The notes beneath the pieces are model-generated. The model was not told the DNA's origin. It worked only from the letters and a program-made list of their open reading frames with translations, and did no database searches. DNA of 64,000 nucleotides from an uncultured Methylomirabilota bacterium. GTDB lineage: Bacteria > Methylomirabilota > Methylomirabilia > Methylomirabilales > 2-02-FULL-66-22. The position numbers and the translations under genes are program-made. The stretch covers positions 2,208,001 through 2,272,000 of the forward strand of contig OY970067.1 in NCBI GenBank assembly GCA_963705305.1, given 5' to 3'. Of this stretch, positions 51,960-61,551 are shown piece after piece (position 1 is the first letter of the stretch; each line of letters starts with the position of its first letter).

Positions 51960-53531
51960 TCAGACCAGGACCTCACTGCCGAGGCCGGCCGCCAGGACGC
52001 CCGGGTCTTCCGCGGCCACGGCCAGCAGGCCATCGGCGACGGTCCGGTCGTTGGTGACCCGGGGCACCTTGTGCTGGTCTCCCAGCTTTCCGCTCTTCCG
52101 CAGCCATCGGTAAAACGTCCCGGAAGGCAGGGGAGTGGCCAGGGGGGGGATCATGCCGACGTCGCCCGTCCGCTTGGTGTGATAGTCGTTGTTCAGATTC
52201 ATGAGCGTCTCGTCCAGGGTCCGGAGGAACACGCCCGGGTCCGGCGGGGAAGTGCGGAACTCCACCAGCCACTCGTGCCCGCCGCGGGACTCGCCCAGCG
52301 AGGGGTAGCGCGGCGCGACCGTGAACTCCACCGCATCCGCGCCCGTCACCTGACAGGCCCGCACCATGGCCTGCTCGACCTCCTCGACAATGACGTTCTC
52401 TCCAAAGGCGTTCACGAAGTGGCGGATCCGGCCGGCAATCTGCAGACGCAGCGGGTCGCGGGCGATGAAGCGCACCGTGTCCCCCAAAAGATAGGACCAG
52501 AGGCCCGCAGGGCTGCTGAGGACGATGGCGTAGACACGGCCCAGTTCGATGTCGGCCACCGTGTGGCGGCGGGGGGACTCGCTGCCCAGATCCTCGAGCG
52601 GCACGAACTCGTAAAAGATGCCGTAGTCCAGCATGAGCGTGAGGCCGCCGCCCGTCTCGGTTTGGACGGCCACGAAACCCTCCGATGCCGGGTACACCTC
52701 GATCCGGTGCAGCGGGCGCCCCATCCGCTCCTCGAAGGTCCGGAGGTAGGGCTCGAACGCCACGCCGCCATGAATGAACACTTGCAGGTCGGGCCAGCGC
52801 TGGGACAGGCTCTGAATGGGGCGGCCGGCGTCCCGGCAGGCCTGGGCGATGCGCTCGAAGAGGATGGTGACCCAGGACGGCATGCCGGAAAGGAGTCGCA
52901 CGTCCTGCCACGCCGCCAGGGCGGCCACGGCCGCGATGCGCGCCTCCCAGTCCGGGATGGCGGCGGTGGCCGGCCCCGGAGAATATCGCCCCCGAATCCC
53001 CGGAGGGAGGCGGCGGACGACCAGTCCGGACAGGTCGCCGACCAGACACCCGTTGCCGATCGGGGTGAGGGTCGAGGCGCCGCCCAGGAAGAGCAGCGAT
53101 CCCCCCAGGAGGGGGGCGGCCCCGACCCGCTCCACAGCCAGGAGGAGCGCATCCCAGCCCCCTTTCCGGTGGGACGCCAACGCTTCCGGGGGCACCGGGA
53201 TGAGCTTGTCTCCGGCCGTGGTGCCCGACGTCTTCACCCAGTAGCGGGGTCGCCCCGGCCATGTGACATCGTGCGCCCCCTCGAGGGCGCGCGCCAGGAG
53301 CGGCTGAAGATCCAGATACCCGCGCACCGGAACCCGCGCCTGGTAGTCGGCCACCGACCGGATGCCGGCGAACCCGTGGACGCGGCCGAATTCGGTGAGG
53401 CGGGCGGCTGCCACCATCTGAAGGAGGGTTCGCTCCTGCATCTCGGCCGCACGCCGCCAGATCTGTTCCCAGGCCCGGCGGCGCTGCCCCGCATACCAGT
53501 CGAGGAGCGCGGCGAGCGGGCGGCCGATCAT
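51960..53531 (-). CDS. GH3 family acyl-adenylate amido synthetase
   Basis: GH3 motifs KTSGTTAGDK.IP, YPASEGF, SYLLGDTV; LGDQHKVPR; ATGA overlap with the hydrolase. Confidence 0.88.
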   Translation of the reverse strand: MIGRPLAALLDWYAGQRRRAWEQIWRRAAEMQERTLLQMVAAARLTEFGRVHGFAGIRSVADYQARVPVRGYLDLQPLLARALEGAHDVTWPGRPRYWVKTSGTTAGDKLIPVPPEALASHRKGGWDALLLAVERVGAAPLLGGSLLFLGGASTLTPIGNGCLVGDLSGLVVRRLPPGIRGRYSPGPATAAIPDWEARIAAVAALAAWQDVRLLSGMPSWVTILFERIAQACRDAGRPIQSLSQRWPDLQVFIHGGVAFEPYLRTFEERMGRPLHRIEVYPASEGFVAVQTETGGGLTLMLDYGIFYEFVPLEDLGSESPRRHTVADIELGRVYAIVLSSPAGLWSYLLGDTVRFIARDPLRLQIAGRIRHFVNAFGENVIVEEVEQAMVRACQVTGADAVEFTVAPRYPSLGESRGGHEWLVEFRTSPPDPGVFLRTLDETLMNLNNDYHTKRTGDVGMIPPLATPLPSGTFYRWLRKSGKLGDQHKVPRVTNDRTVADGLLAVAAEDPGVLAAGLGSEVLV

Positions 53532-54322
53532 GCCGCCACTCCCGCAAGCGCGACGGGGCGTTGGCGGCGCTCCTGGGTGCGGGCCAGCCATCCCGCCAGG
53601 ATGGTGTTGAAAGTCTCCGGCCGCTCCAGCATGGGGGCATGGCCGCAACGAGGCATGAGGAAGAGATCGGAGTCGGGAATCAGCGCGTGGAAGCGGCGGG
53701 CCACGTCGGGGGGCGTGATCCGGTCTTCCTCGCCCCAGATGATGCAGGTCGGGACGTCGATGCTGGGCAGACGTTCCTCGATGTTCCGGCGCTTGGCCGC
53801 GCGCGCCGCCTGGAGCAGTCGCAGGGCGGCATCGCGCGTGGTCACGGCTTGCTGGACGGCCTCCACCCATTGGGGGGTGACCAGGGTCGGGTCGTAGAAG
53901 ATCTCCTCCATCTTCTCACGGACCCAGGCACAGCTCGGCCGGTGGGGGACTCCCCGCGTGAAGCTGCGCTCGAAGAGTCCCGAGGAGCCGGTGAGGACCA
54001 ACCCGGAGACTCGCGCGGGGTGAGCCAGGGCCAGCTCCAGCGCCACGTGGCCGCCCAGGGAGTTCCCCCCGACGACGGCCCGATCCAGTCCCCGCAGATC
54101 CATGAACCGTTTGACGCGCTCGCTCAGGCCCGGCAGCGAGATCTCGGCGAGGTCGAGATCGAAGATCCGGAGGGCCAGCGCAATGGGACGGCAGAATCTG
54201 CCCAGGGTCCGGAGGACCGGCTCCCAGTGATCCACCTCGCCCATGAGGCCGTGGAGCAACAGAATCGGCTCACCCTGCCCCCGCTCGCGCCAGTGAAACT
54301 CCGCACCACCGATGTGACTCAC
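53528..54322 (-). CDS. Alpha/beta-fold hydrolase
   Basis: LLHGLMG oxyanion motif, GNSLGG nucleophile, GEED, CGHAP; AAGGAGG RBS with GTG start. Confidence 0.9.
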   Translation of the reverse strand: MSHIGGAEFHWRERGQGEPILLLHGLMGEVDHWEPVLRTLGRFCRPIALALRIFDLDLAEISLPGLSERVKRFMDLRGLDRAVVGGNSLGGHVALELALAHPARVSGLVLTGSSGLFERSFTRGVPHRPSCAWVREKMEEIFYDPTLVTPQWVEAVQQAVTTRDAALRLLQAARAAKRRNIEERLPSIDVPTCIIWGEEDRITPPDVARRFHALIPDSDLFLMPRCGHAPMLERPETFNTILAGWLARTQERRQRPVALAGVAA

Positions 54323-54426
54323 CGTTGCCTCCTTTGTATGCCGGATCGTTGTGGTCTCTCCCGGTGTCAGCGCATGGGAGGAGAGATTGGGACGGGGGAG
54401 AGATACCGGCAACAGATTGCGGCGGA

Positions 54427-54442
54427 ATGACTGCCGGATGAC
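54427..54442 (-). promoter_or_regulatory. Pho-box-like direct repeat facing the hydrolase-GH3 operon
   Basis: Minus strand GTCATCCGGCAGTCAT, 11-bp period. Confidence 0.5.
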
Positions 54443-54469
54443 GGGAGAGTGAATTTGCGAGGGAGAAAA

Positions 54470-54497
54470 TGTCACGGCGGGGTCATCACCGGGTCAT
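54470..54497 (+). promoter_or_regulatory. Triple Pho-box-like repeat facing the PHP-GT4 gene
   Basis: GTCAC (54471), GTCAT (54482), GTCAT (54493): exact 11-bp period. Confidence 0.6.
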
Positions 54498-54646
54498 CCT
54501 GGGTTGGTCTCATGGCATGCGTCGCGAGGTCCTCCCTCCGCGATGCGTGACCCTCCTCCCCCCCGGCGCGCCCAAGGGCGCGCCGGGGCCCTCCCTTCGG
54601 CGAGGGATGGGAAGCAACGGATATTCAGCAGGCGAGGAGCTGCGAG

Positions 54647-57157
54647 ATGGCGATTAAAGCCGATCTCCACTGTCATTCGAGATGCTCCGACCAGCCCGAG
54701 GAATGGCTCCTGCGGCGGCTGGGAGCCCGCGAGAGCTACACGGAGCCGCGACAAGTCTACGACCTGGCCCGAAGGCGCGGGATGGACCTAGTGACCATCA
54801 CCGATCACAACGAGATCCGCGGAGCCCTGGAGATCGCAGGGCTGCCGGAGGCATTCGTGAGCGTCGAGGCCACCGCCAGCTTCCCGGAGGACCGGTGCCG
54901 AATCCACGTCCTGGTGTTCGATGTGACCGAAGACCAGTTCGGGGAGATCCAGCGCCTGCGGGACAATCTCTACGACCTCCAGGCCTACCTCCAGCGCGAA
55001 CGGCTGGCCCACAGCGTGGCGCATCCGCTGCTGCGGGTCGGCGGCCGCTTCTCGCTCTGGCACCTGGAGCGCCTGTTGCTGCTGTTCCCCTGCTTCGAGG
55101 TGGTCAATGCCAGCCGCCACCGGAGCAGCCGCGACCTGATGCACTGGCTGCTCTCGCGGCTGAGCGCGGGGCTGATCAGCGATCTTGCCAACACCCATGA
55201 TCTGGAGCCCGTCGGGGAGAGCCCCTGGGTCAAGGGAAGAACGGGCGGCTCCGACGATCACAGCGGACTGTTCGTCGCCAAGGCATACACCGTGGCGGAC
55301 GGGGCGGAAGACCGGGCCGGGTTCCTGGACCATCTCCGGCGCGGCCTGACCAGGGCGGAGGGCACCCCAGGAACCGCGCAGAGCTTTGCCCACACTCTGT
55401 ACGCCATCGCCCATCAATTCTACCGCAGCCAGTTCCGGGCGGGCCCCGGGCCGGGCGGCGATCTCCTCGGCCAGCTGCTTCGCGAGTTCTTCGAGTCGGA
55501 GACCCCCGGGTGTCGCATCCTCCATCGTATCCGGGGATGGGGGCGGGCCATGTCCCCATGGAAGGAGCAGCATCGCCGCGAGGAGCGGGCCTTCAAGGAA
55601 GTGACGATTGACGCTCTGCGCGAGGTAATGGCGCGCGATTGGCAGTCGGCGTCGCTGCCGGTGGAGGGTCCGGCGCACCACCGCCTCAACCGGGAGACGT
55701 TCTTCCTGGCCAGCCAGCTCACCAACCGACTGCTCTTCGAGTTCACCCGCACGGCGGTGAAGAAATTCCTCAAAGGAAGCTTCTTCGGCAGCCTGCAAGC
55801 CCTGAGCGCCCTGGGGCCGGTCATCCTGGGGACCGGGCCGTACCTGTTCAGTTATCACAGCCAGAACAAGGACCGTCGCTTCCTGGCCGAGGTGCGCCGG
55901 CGATTTGGCGGTCCGGGCCCGTCGGCGGGACCGCGGCCCAAGCGGGCCTGGTTCACGGATACGCTCAACGAGGTGAACGGCGTGGCCACGACGGTCGCTG
56001 CCATGGCGGAGGCCGCCGGAAGGGTGGGAGCCGATCTGACGATCGTGTCGTCCACGGAGGATCCCCCGCCCCTGGGCGGAAGGCTCAAGAACTTCCCGCC
56101 CATCGGGACCATCACGTTCCCCGAATATGTGTTCCAGCCGCTGGCATTCCCTCCGGTGCTGAACGTGGTGGATTACTGCGAGCGGCAGGGGTTCACGGAG
56201 GTGATCATCAGCACCACGTTCAGCCTGGGCCTGACCGGTCTGGCGACCGCCCGCCTCCTGGGGCTCCCGGCCGTCGGCATCTACCATACCGACCTGCCGG
56301 AGTATGCGCTCCGGTACACCCAGGACGAGCAGGTGGCGGATCTGACGCGGCGGTACGCCCGATGGTTTTACGGCCAGATGGATCGGGTCTACGTGCGCTC
56401 CTCGGCATACCGCGAAGAGCTGGCGGACTGGGGGATCCCGCGGGAGCGGCTGCGGCTGCTTCCGGCAGCGGTGGACCTGGAGGCATTTCATCCCCAATGG
56501 CGGGATCCCGCCCTCTGGCATCAGCAGGGCCTGAACGGAGAGACCAAGCTCCTGTACGTGGGGCGGCTGGCGCGGGAGAAGGATCTGGATATCCTGGCGC
56601 GGGCCTACCGCCAGCTCCGCGAGCTGAGGTCGGATATCACCCTGGTCGTCGTGGGGGATGGTCCCTATCGGGACGGGTTGCAACGGGTCTGCGCGGGGCT
56701 GCCCGTCCTCTTCACCGGCTTCCTCTCCGGCGAATCGCTCTCCCGGGCCTACGCCTCCGCCGATATCTTCGTCTTTCCCAGCAGCACCGACACGCTCGGC
56801 AACGTGGTGCTGGAGGCGCAGGCCTCGGGACTTCCCGTCGTCGCCTGCAACGCCGGCGGCCCCCAGGATATCCTCCGCGAGGGGATCACGGGACTGCTCA
56901 TCCCGCGGCGGGACCCCGAGCGGCTCGCCGCGGCGATTCGGGAGCTCGCGTCGGATGCCTCCCGCCGCCGCCGGATGGGCCTGGAGGCCCGTCAGCATGT
57001 GGAGCATCGGACCTGGGACGCCGCGCTCCGGGAATTCTGGTCGGATCTGGCTGACCTGGCGGCGGACGGAGAGTCGGCCCCCGACTCCGCGATCTGTGTC
57101 TCCGCAGCGTGCCGCCCCGGGGACCCTGCTCCCCGCACCATCCGTCCGGCGGCGTGA
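54647..57157 (+). CDS. PHP-domain phosphoesterase fused to a GT4 glycosyltransferase (836 aa)
   Basis: PHP: DLHCHS, TITDHN, VEAT, IHVL, AHP, GGSDDH. GT4: [39 protein letters not shown]. Confidence 0.88.
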   Translation: MAIKADLHCHSRCSDQPEEWLLRRLGARESYTEPRQVYDLARRRGMDLVTITDHNEIRGALEIAGLPEAFVSVEATASFPEDRCRIHVLVFDVTEDQFGEIQRLRDNLYDLQAYLQRERLAHSVAHPLLRVGGRFSLWHLERLLLLFPCFEVVNASRHRSSRDLMHWLLSRLSAGLISDLANTHDLEPVGESPWVKGRTGGSDDHSGLFVAKAYTVADGAEDRAGFLDHLRRGLTRAEGTPGTAQSFAHTLYAIAHQFYRSQFRAGPGPGGDLLGQLLREFFESETPGCRILHRIRGWGRAMSPWKEQHRREERAFKEVTIDALREVMARDWQSASLPVEGPAHHRLNRETFFLASQLTNRLLFEFTRTAVKKFLKGSFFGSLQALSALGPVILGTGPYLFSYHSQNKDRRFLAEVRRRFGGPGPSAGPRPKRAWFTDTLNEVNGVATTVAAMAEAAGRVGADLTIVSSTEDPPPLGGRLKNFPPIGTITFPEYVFQPLAFPPVLNVVDYCERQGFTEVIISTTFSLGLTGLATARLLGLPAVGIYHTDLPEYALRYTQDEQVADLTRRYARWFYGQMDRVYVRSSAYREELADWGIPRERLRLLPAAVDLEAFHPQWRDPALWHQQGLNGETKLLYVGRLAREKDLDILARAYRQLRELRSDITLVVVGDGPYRDGLQRVCAGLPVLFTGFLSGESLSRAYASADIFVFPSSTDTLGNVVLEAQASGLPVVACNAGGPQDILREGITGLLIPRRDPERLAAAIRELASDASRRRRMGLEARQHVEHRTWDAALREFWSDLADLAADGESAPDSAICVSAACRPGDPAPRTIRPAA

Positions 57158-57377
57158 GGCGGGCCGGCCCGAGCGGTGGCATTTCCCGGCCAACCTGATC
57201 GGAATCAACGTCCTTACCCGGAAGCCCAGCCCCGTTTCGAGCATACCTCGCCGCCGGGGCGCCATGGCGGCCACGGCAGGAATGGGAAGAAGGCCCGGGG
57301 GGTGGAACGTCGACACACTCCGCGGGGGAGTTCCGGGGCTCGGATGGGGAATTCAGGCGGAATGTCGGAGGGGCCTT

Positions 57378-57590
57378 GTGAGAACCCTGGCTCTCGTGTC
57401 GTATGACCATTTCTTCGTGGATCCCCTGACCGCCCAGCCGCACGATCCTGACGTGCAGGCCTTGATGCGGGTGTGCAACGTCCACAATGTTGCCCTGGCC
57501 ACGAACCTGGCAGCCGCCGACTTCGTCATTGCCGCGCTGGCACAGCGCGAGCGGGACGAGATCGCCCGCCTGGCGCGCAGCGCGGCGTGA
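57378..57590 (+). pseudogene. mgsA: Methylglyoxal synthase with in-frame internal deletion
   Basis: [11 protein letters not shown] joined directly to [38 protein letters not shown] and SGPLGGD are missing. Confidence 0.8.
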
Positions 57591-57671
57591 TCCCCTTCGG
57601 GAGTGAGCCGGCCTCGGCAGCCGCAGGCGTAACGGCAGAGAGGCTCTGCCGCACGGGATGACGGAGGAGCG

Positions 57672-57950
57672 ATGTTGGGATACGCGGGGTCTCCCTCGTT
57701 TCCGATGGATCGCCAGGCGGTCCTGTGGAAGGTCCGCGACCTGTTCGGACGCACCCACGCCTTTCGTGACGCCTGGATCTCGGATCCGTCGCGCGGCCTC
57801 GAAGGAGAGGTGAGTGTCGAGGTCGGCTTTGGTGCGGGGCCGGCCCAGTTCAAGGTCACGGCCCCGTCGCTGGAAGAGGTCTACGCGATTCTGTACGAGC
57901 TGGCGACAGCCTTGCTGAAGAGCGAGAAAGCACACGCATCCGCGAACTGA
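57672..57950 (+). CDS. Hypothetical protein
   Basis: GGAGGA RBS; 92-aa ORF with alpha/beta-like composition. Confidence 0.55.
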   Translation: MLGYAGSPSFPMDRQAVLWKVRDLFGRTHAFRDAWISDPSRGLEGEVSVEVGFGAGPAQFKVTAPSLEEVYAILYELATALLKSEKAHASAN

Positions 57951-58045
57951 AGAACCGGTCCCCGCTTCGGGAGAAATGCGCCTCCGAGGAAGCGCTGCGC
58001 ATCCGCCCCGTCTCCCAAGCATCCGGTCTCCGCACGGGCCCAGGC

Positions 58046-59158
58046 TCACCGCCAGAACATGCAGGCGGCCACCGCGTCCACCAGGCGCCGCATGTCCGCC
58101 GGCGTCACGTCCCCGATGTTCCCGATCCGGAACGTATCGGCGGTCGAGACCTTCCCGGGGTAGATCACGAACCCGCGTGCTTTCAGCTCCCGATAGAATC
58201 GCGGGAACTCGAACGCGGGATGCGAGGGCGTGAGGAACGCGGTGATGATGGGGGACTGCAGGGTTTCGGGGAGGAGGGCGGCAAAACCCAGATGCTGCAT
58301 GCCTCGAACCAGGACGCGGTGGTTCTCCGCGTACCGGCGGTAGCGCGCCTCGACCCCGCCTTCCGCCTCCAGCTCGCGCAGAGCCTGGGCGAAGGCGCGG
58401 ACCACGTGGGTGGGGGACGTGTATCGCCACTTGCCGCCGTGCTCCTCCATCTCCCGCCACTGATCGTACAGATCGAGGCTCAGGGAGCGGGCCCGGCCTT
58501 TCAGCAATTCCATGGCTGCGCGGCGGGCGATGACGAAAGAGAAGCCCGGCACCCCCTGGATGCACTTGTTGGCGCTGCTGATAAGGAAGTCCGCCCCGAC
58601 GGCCTCGGCGTCCAGCGGAATCCCCCCGAAGCTGCTCATGGCATCCACGATGCAGGTCTTGCCGAACCGCTTCACGACGCCGCCGATCTCGGCGATGGGG
58701 CTCAGCATCCCCGTGGTGGTCTCGCAGTGCACGACCGCCACGTGGGTGATATCCGGCCGCAATTCGAGCGTCCGTCCCAGGACCTGAAGGTCCGGCGGGT
58801 TGACCTCGCCGCTGTCGTTCACGAGGAAGGGGATGCGCAGCCGCCGCGCGATCTGCGCCATGCGGGCGCCATAGGCCCCGTTCACCAGGACCAGCAGCGT
58901 CCCGTCCTCAGGAAGAGCGGAGCCGATGGTTGCCTCGACCCCGAAGGTGCCGCTGCCCTGCATGAGGACCGCCGTGTACCCCTCGGCCCTCGTGGCCGCT
59001 GTCACCAGGCCGTTCCGAATCGTCTGGACGATCTCATGGTAGTCCTCGTCCCACGTGCACCAGTCGCGGAGCATGGCGGCCTTGACCGTCTTGGTGGTAG
59101 ACAGAGGACCGGGCGTGAGCAACAGATACGGGTTGTCCGGCAGCGAGCGAACGTCCAC
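58046..59158 (-). CDS. phnW: 2-aminoethylphosphonate--pyruvate transaminase
   Basis: [50 protein letters not shown]. Confidence 0.95.
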   Translation of the reverse strand: MDVRSLPDNPYLLLTPGPLSTTKTVKAAMLRDWCTWDEDYHEIVQTIRNGLVTAATRAEGYTAVLMQGSGTFGVEATIGSALPEDGTLLVLVNGAYGARMAQIARRLRIPFLVNDSGEVNPPDLQVLGRTLELRPDITHVAVVHCETTTGMLSPIAEIGGVVKRFGKTCIVDAMSSFGGIPLDAEAVGADFLISSANKCIQGVPGFSFVIARRAAMELLKGRARSLSLDLYDQWREMEEHGGKWRYTSPTHVVRAFAQALRELEAEGGVEARYRRYAENHRVLVRGMQHLGFAALLPETLQSPIITAFLTPSHPAFEFPRFYRELKARGFVIYPGKVSTADTFRIGNIGDVTPADMRRLVDAVAACMFWR

Positions 59159-59246
59159 GGTTGCCTCCTCAGGCGCGGTCGGGCGGTGCGCATCGATTCA
59201 GGCGGCGAATTTCCTGGCAAGACAGGCGCGAGCGGCCTCCAGTCCC

Positions 59247-60059
59247 TCAGGGCCGCTCGCCGCGCGCCAATCGCGCGTTGATCTCTTCGACGAGTGTGGG
59301 GCAGTCGGCGACGCCGTCCGCCACGTAATGGGCCCCGGCCTCCCGGAGCCTCCGCCTGATGGCCTCCAGGCGCGCCGCCAGGTCCCGAGAGTCCAGCGCG
59401 GCAACCTCGGCCTCGGTGAGCCCCAGCTCGTTGCCGGTCCTGGCCACCCCGATGGTCCACATGCCGGCGTTCAGCCCCTCCTGGATGTCGCTCACCGTGT
59501 CGCCGATCTTCACCATGGCCTCCATGGGATAGACCTGCAGCCGGATGGCGTTGAGGTAGCACATCCAGGGGAAAGGGCGGCCGGCCGGGACATCCGAGGA
59601 GCACACGACAGCGTCCGGGGCATAGCCGCGCTGCCGGGCCTCGGGGACCAGCATCTCCATCATGGGACCGGTGTATCCGGTGCTGGAGCCGATCCGCACC
59701 CTGCTCCGCCGGAGGGTCTCGACGGCCTCGAGAAGTCCCGGGATGGGGGCCGCGTGGCGCGCGACGCATTCGGTCATGAGCGGCTCCACGTCGGCCTCGC
59801 CCGGCTTGCGGCCGTGCGCGGCCCGCCACTTGGCCGTGACGGATGGTGTTTGACACATGCTTCGGACATGGTCCTTCTTCATGAGTCCCATGGGGCCTCG
59901 GGCTTCCTGCACGGTCACCTCGACTCCGCGGCGCCGGAAGACCTCCAAGAACACCGCCACCGGGCCGATGCAGCCGTAGTCCACGGCTGTGCCGGCCCAA
60001 TCCAGGACAGCGCCCCGGATCGGGCCGCTGTAGGGAGCAGTGCGAACAGACACATCCAT
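59247..60059 (-). CDS. phnX: Phosphonoacetaldehyde hydrolase
   Basis: DWAGT.VDYG, PMGLMKKDH, TGY, GRP.PWM, KIGDT..DI.EG.NAG. Confidence 0.92.
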   Translation of the reverse strand: MDVSVRTAPYSGPIRGAVLDWAGTAVDYGCIGPVAVFLEVFRRRGVEVTVQEARGPMGLMKKDHVRSMCQTPSVTAKWRAAHGRKPGEADVEPLMTECVARHAAPIPGLLEAVETLRRSRVRIGSSTGYTGPMMEMLVPEARQRGYAPDAVVCSSDVPAGRPFPWMCYLNAIRLQVYPMEAMVKIGDTVSDIQEGLNAGMWTIGVARTGNELGLTEAEVAALDSRDLAARLEAIRRRLREAGAHYVADGVADCPTLVEEINARLARGERP

Positions 60060-60136
60060 CGAGGCTCCTTTCGAGCGCTTGCGAGACAAGCGGAGCGACT
60101 CTACCCACGCCGGTATTACGAGAGGGTATTGCGCAC

Positions 60137-60154
60137 GTGACAATTGGGTGACAT
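60137..60154 (-). promoter_or_regulatory. Pho-box-like repeat upstream of phnX
   Basis: Minus strand ATGTCACCCAATTGTCAC, 11-bp period. Confidence 0.6.
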
Positions 60155-60287
60155 CGCGAGGGGGAGGCGTGCCGGTCGGCTTTGCGGGCGTCTGCCGAAC
60201 CGGCTGACCGATGACCCGAGGAATTCATCGAACTGTTCGCACCCGGTAACACAGGGGCACCAGAGTTCTGCCGGAATGAGCGTACGC

Positions 60288-60479
60288 ATGCCGATTCTCC
60301 GATTCATCAGGAAGGCGATTTCGGCGGATGCCGATGGCGTAGCGGGTCTGCTGACCCAGTTGGGGTATTCCCATACAGGGGAATTTGTCCGGTGTCACAG
60401 CCGGCGTGCACTGGCCCATGAATTCTACCAGCGGCGAGGATTCGAGGAGTCTCCGAAGTATTTGATGAAGCGTCTGTGA
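60288..60479 (+). pseudogene. PhnO-like GNAT acetyltransferase with internal deletion
   Basis: IRKA...DADGVAGLLTQLGY N-terminus joined to CHSRR..AHEFY...GF...KYLMKRL C-terminus; central acetyl-CoA motif A absent. Confidence 0.65.
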
Positions 60480-60492
60480 AGCGTGAAGGCAT

Positions 60493-60951
60493 ATGGATTT
60501 CCAGGGAAGCAGTGAGCTGCCCCGCTCCCGGGCGGCCTGGATGGAAGTGCTGTCCCAGAGCCGGCCGGATACGGTGGCGCGATTGGCGCGCCGAGTTGAA
60601 AGCCTGGCCTCGTTCGAGGTGACACGCCCTCCGGCCCAGAGCCTGCTCCTCCTCACCGTGGAGGAGTCGGTCGAGGGCAACCCGTTTCATCCCGGGGAGA
60701 TCCTGGTGTCGACCTGCGAGGTGCACCTCGCCGATCGCCTGGGCTTTGGCGTCTGTCTGGGCGGAGACCTGGAGCGGGCCCGCGGCTGCGCCATCCTCGA
60801 TGCCGCGCTCCAGGCCGGCCTGCCGATGGCACCGGAGATCCTCCAGAGCCTCGCCGACGAGCGCGAGTGGCTGCTTCGCGGCCGCCATGCCGAGCAGGAA
60901 ATGGTGCAGTCCACGCGCGTGCGTTTCGACACCATGGAGCCGCAGCGATGA
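60493..60951 (+). CDS. phnG: C-P lyase subunit PhnG
   Basis: F..GEILVS.CEV, G.G...G.D, AILDAALQ, STRVRFDTM; first gene of the phn cluster. Confidence 0.85.
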   Translation: MDFQGSSELPRSRAAWMEVLSQSRPDTVARLARRVESLASFEVTRPPAQSLLLLTVEESVEGNPFHPGEILVSTCEVHLADRLGFGVCLGGDLERARGCAILDAALQAGLPMAPEILQSLADEREWLLRGRHAEQEMVQSTRVRFDTMEPQR

Positions 60952-61550
60952 GCGAGGCGGCCTTGCGCGAACCCGGCTTTGGAAACGCCTCCGATACCCA
61001 GGCCATGTTCCGCCGGCTGCTGGAGGCAACGGCGCGTCCCGGCACCGTGGTGCCGCTCGGCCACGCCCGGCTCGCCATCCCCCCGCAGCGGCTGCGGCCC
61101 GCCTGCGCACTCCTGCTGAGCATCCTGGACCCCGAGGTCATGCTCGCCGTGGAGGGACCCGAGGCAGCGGGCTTGGCCGAGTATCTGCGCACCAACACAG
61201 GTGTCCGGCCGGCCGCCTTGGAAGACGCTGATTTTGTGGTCGTCACGGGGGAAGGGTCCGGCGGTCGGGTTCGTGGGGCCAAATGCGGGCGTCTGGAGGC
61301 GCCGCACGAGGGGGCGACGCTCGTCTACGCCCCCACAGCGCTAGGGGAGAGGGGATCCGTCCTGCTGCGGCTCACCGGTCCCGGTATTCCGATGGAGCGG
61401 CGCCTCGCGGTGACCGGCATTGCCGCGGACGAGTGGCGAGTTCTGGACTCGCTCCGGGATTTTCCGATGGGGGTGGACATCTGGCTCGCCGCGCCGGACG
61501 GCCGGCTGGCGGTGATCCCGCGCTCGACCCGCTGGACGCTGGAGGTGTGA
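60948..61550 (+). CDS. phnH: C-P lyase subunit PhnH
   Basis: QAMFRRLLEA.ARPG, G....P..GAT, LTGPGI, FPMGVD, IPRST. Confidence 0.9.
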   Translation: MSEAALREPGFGNASDTQAMFRRLLEATARPGTVVPLGHARLAIPPQRLRPACALLLSILDPEVMLAVEGPEAAGLAEYLRTNTGVRPAALEDADFVVVTGEGSGGRVRGAKCGRLEAPHEGATLVYAPTALGERGSVLLRLTGPGIPMERRLAVTGIAADEWRVLDSLRDFPMGVDIWLAAPDGRLAVIPRSTRWTLEV

Positions 61551-61551
61551 C

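Noticed and set aside
54788..57316. Long antisense or alternate-frame ORFs (also 3808-5889, 33791-35842, 51828-53897)
   Set aside because: Shadow ORFs of real genes, expected at high GC; no recognisable motifs
60235..60260. Plus-strand Pho box for phnG (GTTCG/GTAAC)
   Set aside because: Half-sites are too degenerate to call without a PWM
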